Shown here piece by piece: positions 1 through 6,293 of a stretch of 8,608 bases of DNA. The notes beneath the pieces were generated by a model. The model had not been told where the DNA came from. It did no database searches and was given only the letters and a program-made list of their open reading frames with translations. Both the position numbers and the translations under genes were made by a program. How positions within the stretch are numbered: the first letter of the stretch is position 1; each line of letters begins with the position of its first letter. The DNA comes from an uncultured archaeon (lineage in GTDB: Archaea; Iainarchaeota; Iainarchaeia; Iainarchaeales; 0-14-0-20-30-16): the NCBI GenBank assembly GCA_964565725.1, contig CAZMGA010000022.1, forward strand, positions 1 through 8,608, given 5' to 3'.

Positions 1-374
1 GTTCCACCACCTAAACCAGTAGTTAAGAACAACATATCTACTCCTCTTAATACTTCTTCTAAAGCAGATTTAGAAACTTCTGCTGCTTTTGCACCAACTT
101 CAGGATATCCACCAGCACCTAAACCTCTAGTAACTGATTTTCCAATTAATATTTTTACGATATCATCTGATAAAACAGCTAATTGTTGTTTATCTGTATT
201 TACTGCAACTAATTGTGCTCCACTAACACCCATTTCTGAGATTCTACTTACACTATTACAACCAGCTCCACCTGCACCTAATACCATAATTCTTGGTACT
301 CCGAATTCAGAAGAGTCGTTGTCACCAACCATTTTGGTTTCAGTTCTAACTACATCTTTAACCATAGACTTCAT
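1..374 (-). CDS. ftsZ: Cell division protein FtsZ, N-terminal part (truncated at window edge)
   Basis: Manual translation of the minus strand from ATG 374-372: MKSMVKDVVRTETKMVGDNDSSEFGVPRIMVLGAGGAGCNSVSRISEMGVSGAQLVAVNTDKQQLAVLSDDIVKILIGKSVTRGLGAGGYPEVGAKAAEVSKSALEEVLRGVDMLFLTTGLGGGT. Shows the FtsZ GAGGxGxN motif and the start of the tubulin signature GGGTG. GGAGG ribosome-binding site at 382-386. Confidence 0.95.
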   Translation of the reverse strand, partial: MKSMVKDVVRTETKMVGDNDSSEFGVPRIMVLGAGGAGCNSVSRISEMGVSGAQLVAVNTDKQQLAVLSDDIVKILIGKSVTRGLGAGGYPEVGAKAAEVSKSALEEVLRGVDMLFLTTGLGGG

Positions 375-394
375 TCCTATCCCTCCGAATGTCT

Positions 395-413
395 AAATAT
401 AATATTTATATAG
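395..413 (-). promoter_or_regulatory. TATA-box-like element upstream of ftsZ
   Basis: Minus strand CTATATAAATATTATATTT, about 32 nt from the ftsZ ATG. Confidence 0.45.
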
Positions 414-656
414 AATAAGAAAGATTCCTTTATAAATGTTTCTTCATTTTTACCTCTTATGTATAATTAAGAATTTACATACAATTTATGTATATTAATC
501 GAACTTGTAAAAAAAGGTGTTATGTATAATATGAAGCTAACACTATAAAAATTACGTAATAATCCTACTTTTTTATTCATATAGTAAACAATATTATTAT
601 GTATATTTTACAAAAGCTTAACTAAATAAGTAAATAAATAAAATGATAAAAATAAG

Positions 657-919
657 TGAGGACTTCACTAAGTGAGCTTCAAGAATAATTACTGTAGACT
701 TAAATTTTACTCAGATCAGGTGGCCATAAACTGTTTAATAAAATACTACCTTTGCTCCCTTCCAGGCCTGGAGGATTCATAAATTACTAAACATTTAAGG
801 TCTGACCTTTCAACATAAAATTTAAGGCAATAATTCTCTATTCACCGCCTTAATGCATTCGACTCAGTTAAAGTGGATTTATCTGAATAGGAGACCACTA
901 ACCTCCCATCTAGTCCTCA
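657..919 (-). ncRNA. Signal recognition particle RNA (archaeal 7S type with Alu and S domains)
   Basis: Minus strand contains the conserved helix 8 core CCAGGCCTGGAAGGGAGCAAAGGTAGTA (about 744-772), like the canonical CAGGxCCGGAAGGxAGCA. The 5' Alu-like part is GATGGGAGGTTAGTGGTCTCCTATTCAG (GGTT loop, paired GGGAG/CTCC). The ends pair perfectly: TGAGGACT with AGTCCTCA (912-919 and 657-664). TTTAAATA TATA-like box about 23 nt upstream of 919; T-rich sequence follows the 3' end. Exact ends are estimated from pairing. Confidence 0.9.
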
Positions 920-1024
920 ATAATATATAAAACGAGATATTTAAAAGGTTAACTTAAAAAGGTTTTGTTTTTAAATATTATGATATTAGAAAATATATAC
1001 TATTTATATATATAGTAAAATTAT

Positions 1025-1096
1025 GTCCCGTTAGCACAGCGGTGGTGCGTCCGACTGTTAATCGGGAGGTCGCAGGTTCGAATCCTGCACGGGACG
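1025..1096 (+). tRNA. tRNA-Asn (anticodon GTT)
   Basis: Cloverleaf: acceptor GTCCCGT/ACGGGAC, anticodon stem-loop TCCGA-CTGTTAA-TCGGG, T-arm GCAGG-TTCGAAT-CCTGC. CCA not encoded. Confidence 0.96.
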
Positions 1097-1099
1097 TTA
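1082..1099 (+). repeat. Direct repeat copy 1: 3' end of tRNA-Asn (ATCCTGCACGGGACGTTA)
   Basis: 17/18 identical to 1168-1185 (ATCCTACACGGGACGTTA). Confidence 0.9.
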
Positions 1100-1173
1100 G
1101 GATTCGTAGTATGCTTGAACGCATGTGAAACATACAAAGCGTCGACTGATTTTGCGGGCGTGAGGATCCTACA
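1098..1173 (+). other. Candidate structured RNA segment downstream of tRNA-Asn (unassigned)
   Basis: Closing stem TAGGATTC (1098-1105) / GGATCCTA (1166-1173), 8 bp including one G-U pair. Inner hairpins ATGC-TTGAAC-GCAT (1111-1124) and GCGTC/GGCGT (1141-1145/1159-1163). GC content visibly above the flanks. No known family recognised. Confidence 0.4.
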
Positions 1174-1185
1174 CGGGACGTTAAA
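1168..1185 (+). repeat. Direct repeat copy 2: partial tRNA-Asn 3' end duplicate
   Basis: ATCCTACACGGGACGTTA, one mismatch to 1082-1099, 86 bp downstream. Confidence 0.9.
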
Positions 1186-1236
1186 TAATTATATAGTTTT
1201 TAAATTAAACTTTTATCTTTACAATAGATAAATTTT

Positions 1237-1319
1237 GCTGGGATGGCGGAGTGGTTAACGCGCTAGACTGCTAATCTAGTCTCTCCCAAGAGGCGAGGGT
1301 TCGAATCCCTCTTCCAGCG
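1237..1319 (+). tRNA. tRNA-Ser (anticodon GCT)
   Basis: Acceptor GCTGGGA/TTCCAGC, anticodon loop CTGCTAA, long class II variable arm, T-arm GAGGG-TTCGAAT-CCCTC. CCA not encoded. Confidence 0.96.
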
Positions 1320-1365
1320 TAATAATATGTTTTCTTAAAAGAAAAAAAATCCTTTAAATGGATTT

Positions 1366-1439
1366 GGCCTGGTAGCTCAGCCTGGTAGAGCATTAGACTC
1401 TTAATCTAAGCGTCGCGGGTTCGAATCCCGTCCAGGTCA
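1366..1439 (+). tRNA. tRNA-Lys (anticodon CTT)
   Basis: Acceptor GGCCTGG/CCAGGTC, D-arm GCTCAGCCTGGTAGAGC, anticodon stem-loop TTAGA-CTCTTAA-TCTAA, T-arm GCGGG-TTCGAAT-CCCGT. CCA not encoded. Confidence 0.96.
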
Positions 1440-1462
1440 TATGTATCTTAAGGTAAATTTTC

Positions 1463-1488
1463 TCCTTTTTTAAAAAGGATTTGTCGCA
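1463..1488 (+). repeat. AT-rich palindromic spacer repeat, copy 1
   Basis: TCCTTTTTTAAAAAGGATTTGTCGCA, 22/26 identical to 1535-1560. Confidence 0.75.
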
Positions 1489-1544
1489 TTATCGAGTTAA
1501 ACGAAGATTGATGCTTGGTTTTGGGCACACAGTAGCCTTTTTTT
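1483..1544 (+). other. Candidate small RNA between tRNA-Lys and tRNA-Ser(GGA), ending in a T-run
   Basis: About 45% GC stretch (about 25 of 56 nt, 1482-1537) in an AT-rich spacer, followed by T7 (1538-1544). Possible pairing GCAT/ATGC (1485-1514 area) enclosing TCG/CGA. Preceded by the same AT-rich palindromic repeat that precedes tRNA-Ser. Confidence 0.35.
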
Positions 1545-1560
1545 AAAAGGGTTTGTTGCA
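1535..1560 (+). repeat. AT-rich palindromic spacer repeat, copy 2, reaching the first bases of tRNA-Ser(GGA)
   Basis: GCCTTTTTTTAAAAGGGTTTGTTGCA, 22/26 identical to 1463-1488. A related shorter element AAATCC-TTTAAAT-GGATTT (1347-1365) abuts tRNA-Lys. Confidence 0.75.
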
Positions 1561-1640
1561 GGGATGGCGGAGTGGTCTAACGCGCCAGTCTGGAAAGCTG
1601 GTCTCCACCGGAGGCAGGGGTTCAAATCCCCTTTCCTGCG
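1558..1640 (+). tRNA. tRNA-Ser (anticodon GGA)
   Basis: Acceptor GCAGGGA/TTCCTGC, anticodon loop CTGGAAA, class II variable arm, T-arm GGGG-TTCAAAT-CCCC. CCA not encoded. Confidence 0.96.
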
Positions 1641-1667
1641 TAAATAGTTTTTATATAAAGTGAAAAA

Positions 1668-3428
1668 ATGAACATAATTAATTTTTTTAAAAAAAACTAT
1701 TTAAAAATTAGTTTTTATATTTTATTAGTTTTAATTCCAGTTTTAATACTCTTAATATTTTCAAATTATAATATTTCTGAACTAATAATTAAGTTTATCA
1801 CTTGTAATTCAATTTATTTTTTATGTTTATTTTCTATAAGCTATATTAAAAATAAAATAATTAATAATATTTTAAAAATTATATTTATTATATATTATAT
1901 ATTAAATTACATATCTTTAATATATTTAATAATAACAAATACCCAATTAAGCATAGGTATAATTTTAGAATACAATATTTTAGACTTATTACATGGGTTA
2001 TGGGGTATATTAAATGTTAGTTTAATTTTAATACCTATATTTATTATATTATTTAGCTATTTTTTTAATAAAACTTTTAAATTCAACAATAAAACATCTA
2101 AATTAAAAATATTAATTCTTATATTTTTAGTATTATTAACAAACATTTTAATTCTATTTGATGGAGATTTACTATTATCTAATTTAAAATATAATAATAT
2201 ATCTGAAGAATATAAAGAAAACCAAATAGTTTTCTTCCCAAAAAATGATTTTAGTACTAATTCTAATGAAAATATATTTATTTTACAATTAGAATCTTTA
2301 AATTCATTAGTAGTCAATAAAGATTACACTCCTAATTTTTACAAAATTTCTGAAAATGGAGTATTAATAAAGAATTTTTATGGTAATAGTGTAAGAACAA
2401 ATAGAGCTCAAGAGAATATATTATGTGGTATAAATGGAAATTTAAAAAGATCCTATTCTTATAATCCAGAATTAATAAAAAACAAATGCTTACCAGAAAT
2501 ATTAAAAGAAAATGGATATAAAACAATAGCCTTTAGATCTGATAGTTTGGAATTTACCAACACAGGTAATTTTTTCAAAGACATAGGATTTGAAGAAGTA
2601 CATTTTAAAGATATTATGTATGAAGAGGATATAAAACAACCTTGGGGTTATGACGACAAAATATTTTATGAAAGAATATTTGAATATTTAAACAAAAATT
2701 ATAAAGATCAAAACAAACTTTTTATTTATGTAGAAGTATCTTCACATCATTATCCTTTTAATGATAATAATTTTAATCAATTAATTTTTAACGAACCAAA
2801 AGACTTTAATGAAAATTATATTAATTCAGTTTATAATCAAGATTCTGCACTAAAAGATTTTTATAAATATTATAAAAATTATACTAATAACTCTAATAAT
2901 TCACATTTATTTATTTTTGGAGATCATAGCTGGCCAATTGGAATAAATAATAATACTATGAATGAAGTAGGACATTATGAAGATAATTTCAAAACATCAT
3001 TAATAGTTATTCCTAAAAAAGATTCTGATTATATTCAAAATGGAAAAATTATTGATAAAAGATTTAGTGAAGTTGATTTAATACCCACAATATTTTCAAT
3101 ATTAAACAAAAACGAATATAAAAATTCTTTTGAGCCAATATTAAAAAACGAAAAATTAACAAAATATGACAATTGCCAAATGTTAATTCAATATCAAAAC
3201 GATGTATCAATAAATATAGTAAAATATCCTAAAAAATACACTTATTTATTAGACTTAAAAAAAATACATTATTTAAATTTAGAACTAGACCCTTATGAAA
3301 AAAATGAAATCATTTTAGATGAAAATGTAGAACTTTTAGATTTTTTAGCACAATATGGTTGTGAAAGATATTTAGATTATAATAATTTTTATATTGAAAC
3401 CAAATTAAATATTAATCCCATACATTAA
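1668..3428 (+). CDS. LTA-synthase-family / sulfatase-fold membrane phosphotransferase (alkaline phosphatase superfamily)
   Basis: About 5 hydrophobic N-terminal segments then an extracellular-type domain with FILQLESLNSLVV (metal-ligand Glu region), SVRTNRAQENILCG (candidate catalytic Thr), VEVSSHHYPF and FGDHSWP motifs, the layout of LtaS-like PF00884 proteins. GTGA at 1660-1663 precedes the ATG by 4 nt. Confidence 0.85.
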   Translation: MNIINFFKKNYLKISFYILLVLIPVLILLIFSNYNISELIIKFITCNSIYFLCLFSISYIKNKIINNILKIIFIIYYILNYISLIYLIITNTQLSIGIILEYNILDLLHGLWGILNVSLILIPIFIILFSYFFNKTFKFNNKTSKLKILILIFLVLLTNILILFDGDLLLSNLKYNNISEEYKENQIVFFPKNDFSTNSNENIFILQLESLNSLVVNKDYTPNFYKISENGVLIKNFYGNSVRTNRAQENILCGINGNLKRSYSYNPELIKNKCLPEILKENGYKTIAFRSDSLEFTNTGNFFKDIGFEEVHFKDIMYEEDIKQPWGYDDKIFYERIFEYLNKNYKDQNKLFIYVEVSSHHYPFNDNNFNQLIFNEPKDFNENYINSVYNQDSALKDFYKYYKNYTNNSNNSHLFIFGDHSWPIGINNNTMNEVGHYEDNFKTSLIVIPKKDSDYIQNGKIIDKRFSEVDLIPTIFSILNKNEYKNSFEPILKNEKLTKYDNCQMLIQYQNDVSINIVKYPKKYTYLLDLKKIHYLNLELDPYEKNEIILDENVELLDFLAQYGCERYLDYNNFYIETKLNINPIH

Positions 3429-4032
3429 AACTATTACTTTCTTTAATTCTGTTTAAAATATTTACTTTCCATTGTTTAATATCATTATTATTAACAATAT
3501 TTCCTTTTGCTTTATTTAAAACAAAATTATATAATACTTCTAAATTAACAATATCTTCAAAATTATATTTAACTAACTTATTTAATGATTCTTTATTACC
3601 TTTTTTATAATTACGCCATAATTTTACTGCTTCAGAACCATTTACTCCTAAAACAGCTTCATTTCTAGATAAACCTAAAACATTTTCAATATTCTTTAAA
3701 CCACCAGTATATCCTAACTCTCTTAAAGGATACATTATATCCAAAGATATAAAATCACAATTTAAACCATAACAAGCATTAATGAAAGGAATATCAAAAC
3801 GATTACCATTAAATGTAATAATATAATTATAATTTTTTATATCTTGTAAAGCTTTATTATGATTATTTTTATCAACATAAATATTAGTATCAATTAAAGA
3901 ATGTAAACCTATCAAAGAGATATCATTATCATAAACACTCAAACCAGTAGTTTCAATATCTAAAAAACCAATCTTATTAAAATTTTCACAATTTTCTTTT
4001 ATTTCTTTAATAGTGTTTATTTTATACATCAT
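3412..4032 (-). CDS. YprB-type ribonuclease H-like / DnaQ-fold 3'-5' exonuclease domain protein
   Basis: Exo I IGFLDIETTGL, Exo II YNYIITFNGNRFDIPFI, Exo III-like YNFEDIVNLEVL. Overlaps the 3' end of 1668..3428 tail-to-tail by 17 nt. Confidence 0.85.
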   Translation of the reverse strand: MMYKINTIKEIKENCENFNKIGFLDIETTGLSVYDNDISLIGLHSLIDTNIYVDKNNHNKALQDIKNYNYIITFNGNRFDIPFINACYGLNCDFISLDIMYPLRELGYTGGLKNIENVLGLSRNEAVLGVNGSEAVKLWRNYKKGNKESLNKLVKYNFEDIVNLEVLYNFVLNKAKGNIVNNNDIKQWKVNILNRIKESNSFNVWD

Positions 4033-4052
4033 ATATAAAAATAAAAAAAGTA

Positions 4053-4088
4053 TAAAAAGGTTTCAATAAAAATAACAATACCTTTTTA
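4053..4088 (-). terminator. Inverted repeat with T-rich tail downstream of metG
   Basis: Perfect 9-bp inverted repeat TAAAAAGGT (4053-4061) / ACCTTTTTA (4080-4088), 18-nt loop, starting 9 nt after the metG stop; followed on the minus strand by an ACTTTTTTTATTTTT run. Confidence 0.45.
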
Positions 4089-4096
4089 ATATTTAT

Positions 4097-5572
4097 CTAA
4101 AATTCAAACTTTTCAATTTTAGGAAATAGTATTTTTGGAGTTATATTTCCAACTTTAATAAATTTTAATTCTTTTGTATTCAAATTATAATAATCTTTTA
4201 AATTTAAGCTTTGAAATTCAAAAATATTTCTAGCTTCAATTATTTTATTAGGCATTAAAGGATATAATAATAAAGTTAAAATGTTTATACCTTGAATTAA
4301 ATTAAACATTACTTTTTCAGTTTTATGTTTATTTTCCTTTACTAATTTCCAAGGTTCATAATCATTAATATATTTATTTAAATATTGTGCAAATAGCATA
4401 ATTTTATTTAATGCATTTTGAATTCTAAATTCTTCCAAATCATTAAAAACATCATCATTTACTAATTGAATTTGTTTTAATAAATCGTTATCTAAATCTT
4501 GATCAATATTTAAATTTAATTCATTTTTTTGAGAAATAACTGCAACTCTATTTATTAAATTTCCTAAATTATTTGCTAATTCCAAATATTTTTCTTCAAA
4601 ATAATTTATATTAAAATCAGCATCTTCACCATAAGGCATTTGTTTTAATAAATAATATCTACCAACATCTACTCCGTACTTTGTTAAAGTTTCTATTGAT
4701 ACTACATTACCTATACTTTTAGACATTTTTTGACTTTCTACAGTCCACCAACCATGAACAAAAAACTTAGGTATTTCTTTACCCAAAGCAAATAAAATTG
4801 CAGGCCAATAAACTACATGAAACCACAAAATATCTTTACCTAATAAATGTATTGCAGGCCAATATTCTTTTTCATTAACACCAGACAAATAATTTAATAA
4901 AGCATCAAACCAAACATATGCTACGTGCTTTTTATCAAAAGGTAATTCTACACCCCAAGAAAAATTAGTTCTAGAAACAGATACATCTTTTAAACCCATA
5001 TTTATTCTATTCAAAATCATATTTTTATATTTTTTAGGATAAATAAAATCTGTTTCAAATAATTCTTTTAATTTACTTTCGTATTTAGATAATTTAAAAA
5101 AATAGGTTTCTTCTTCCATATCTATTACATTAGTTTTATGATCTGGGCATTTACCATCAATTAATTCATCTTCACCATAGTATCTTTCACAACCAACACA
5201 ATATTTTCCCTTATAAGTACCTTTATATAAATCTCCATTATCATATAATTTTTGAAAAACTTCTTGAACATATAATTCATGTTTTTTATCAGTAGTTCTA
5301 ATAAAATTATTATTTGAGGCATTAACTGTTTTCAAAGCTTCCTTAAAATGGATTACAATTGAATCCACAAATTCTTTTTCACTTTTTTTTGATTTTAATG
5401 CCGCTTCTGAAATCTTTTTTCCATGTTCATCAGTACCTGTCAAAAAAAATACATCATACCCTAAACTTTTATAATATCTAGATAAATAATCAGTACAAAT
5501 AGTAGTAAATGCATGTCCTATATGTGGTTTGTCATTAACATAATATATAGGAGTAGTAAAGTATTTTTTCAA
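4097..5572 (-). CDS. metG: Methionyl-tRNA synthetase, bacterial-type short form (TTG start)
   Basis: TPIYYVNDKPHIGHAFTT (HIGH motif), FFLTGTDEHGKKI, zinc-binding YCVGCERYYGEDELIDGKCPDH, KMSKSIGN (KMSKS). Start codon is TTG (5572-5570), directly after the HAD stop TAA (5575-5573). Confidence 0.96.
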   Translation of the reverse strand: MKKYFTTPIYYVNDKPHIGHAFTTICTDYLSRYYKSLGYDVFFLTGTDEHGKKISEAALKSKKSEKEFVDSIVIHFKEALKTVNASNNNFIRTTDKKHELYVQEVFQKLYDNGDLYKGTYKGKYCVGCERYYGEDELIDGKCPDHKTNVIDMEEETYFFKLSKYESKLKELFETDFIYPKKYKNMILNRINMGLKDVSVSRTNFSWGVELPFDKKHVAYVWFDALLNYLSGVNEKEYWPAIHLLGKDILWFHVVYWPAILFALGKEIPKFFVHGWWTVESQKMSKSIGNVVSIETLTKYGVDVGRYYLLKQMPYGEDADFNINYFEEKYLELANNLGNLINRVAVISQKNELNLNIDQDLDNDLLKQIQLVNDDVFNDLEEFRIQNALNKIMLFAQYLNKYINDYEPWKLVKENKHKTEKVMFNLIQGINILTLLLYPLMPNKIIEARNIFEFQSLNLKDYYNLNTKELKFIKVGNITPKILFPKIEKFEF

Positions 5573-6283
5573 TTAATCACCAATAATTTTTATTAAATCT
5601 TTAAAATTATATAATATATAATTAGGATTATATTTATTTTTTATGGCGTTTAATTCAGATTTTTTTATATTTTTAGGAATTATACCTCCATAATAACCAT
5701 AAAAAGCAAATGCTGTGTTCATGCCTATTTTTTTAGCATTTAAAACATCTCTATCAGGTCTATCTCCAACAAACAAAACCTCATTAGCCTCTATTTTTAA
5801 AATATCTAAAGCTTTTTCAAATGGTTTTGTAGTTTCTTTTGAGGCTTTTACATCATCAGCAGTAATAATCACATCAAAGAAATCTTCTAAACCTAATTCT
5901 ACTAATCTTAAATATGCTTGTAATTTAGGAGCATCACTCACTATACCTAATTTAATATTTTTTTTAATAAATTTTAATAATATTTTTTTAACTTCAGGAT
6001 AAGTTCTAGTTTCTGCGTCTTTAGTTTTTCTATAAGCATAAATTGCTTTTGCTAACACTTTATAATCATTTATTTTATGTTTTGCTAAAAACTTTTGAAA
6101 TATTTTTTGATTTTCTATACCTACTTTATCATATAAATTATAAATTTCTTTTTCTACGTTTTTATAATTTAAATTTAACCCTGAATCTTGCATAGCTAAT
6201 ATTGAGGCTTCTATAGATTTTTCTTTTCGTAATGCAAAATCCATTAAAGTATTATCTAAATCAAATAATATTGCCTTTATCAT
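5573..6283 (-). CDS. HAD-superfamily hydrolase (haloacid dehalogenase-like phosphatase)
   Basis: Motif I LFDLDNTLMD, motif II-like IVSDAP, Lys region KPFEKAL, motif III FVGDRPDRDVLNAKKIGM. Confidence 0.9.
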   Translation of the reverse strand: MIKAILFDLDNTLMDFALRKEKSIEASILAMQDSGLNLNYKNVEKEIYNLYDKVGIENQKIFQKFLAKHKINDYKVLAKAIYAYRKTKDAETRTYPEVKKILLKFIKKNIKLGIVSDAPKLQAYLRLVELGLEDFFDVIITADDVKASKETTKPFEKALDILKIEANEVLFVGDRPDRDVLNAKKIGMNTAFAFYGYYGGIIPKNIKKSELNAIKNKYNPNYILYNFKDLIKIIGD

Positions 6284-6293
6284 TAAATCACTT

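Noticed and set aside
517-543. GTGTTA...TAACAC inverted repeat between ftsZ and the SRP RNA
   Set aside because: Only 6 bp with a 15-nt loop in AT-rich DNA; expected by chance.
1126-1168. Possible box C/D guide RNA (CTGA at 1148-1151, GTGAGGA at 1162-1168)
   Set aside because: GTGAGGA is only a near match to RTGATGA, no upstream C box and no terminal D box were found, and the spacing is poor.
1025-1640. CRISPR-like array in the repeated tRNA/spacer region
   Set aside because: Repeats are tRNA genes and AT-rich spacers, not uniform direct repeats with unique spacers.
2057-2317. 86-aa minus-strand ORF in the track
   Set aside because: Fully antisense to the convincing LTA-synthase-like CDS; low-complexity translation with no recognisable domain.
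2332-2526. 64-aa minus-strand ORF in the track
   Set aside because: Antisense to the same CDS; hydrophobicity arises from the complement of AT-rich codons.
5715-6002. 95-aa plus-strand ORF in the track
   Set aside because: Antisense to the HAD hydrolase, which has all its motifs; mirrored codon artefact.
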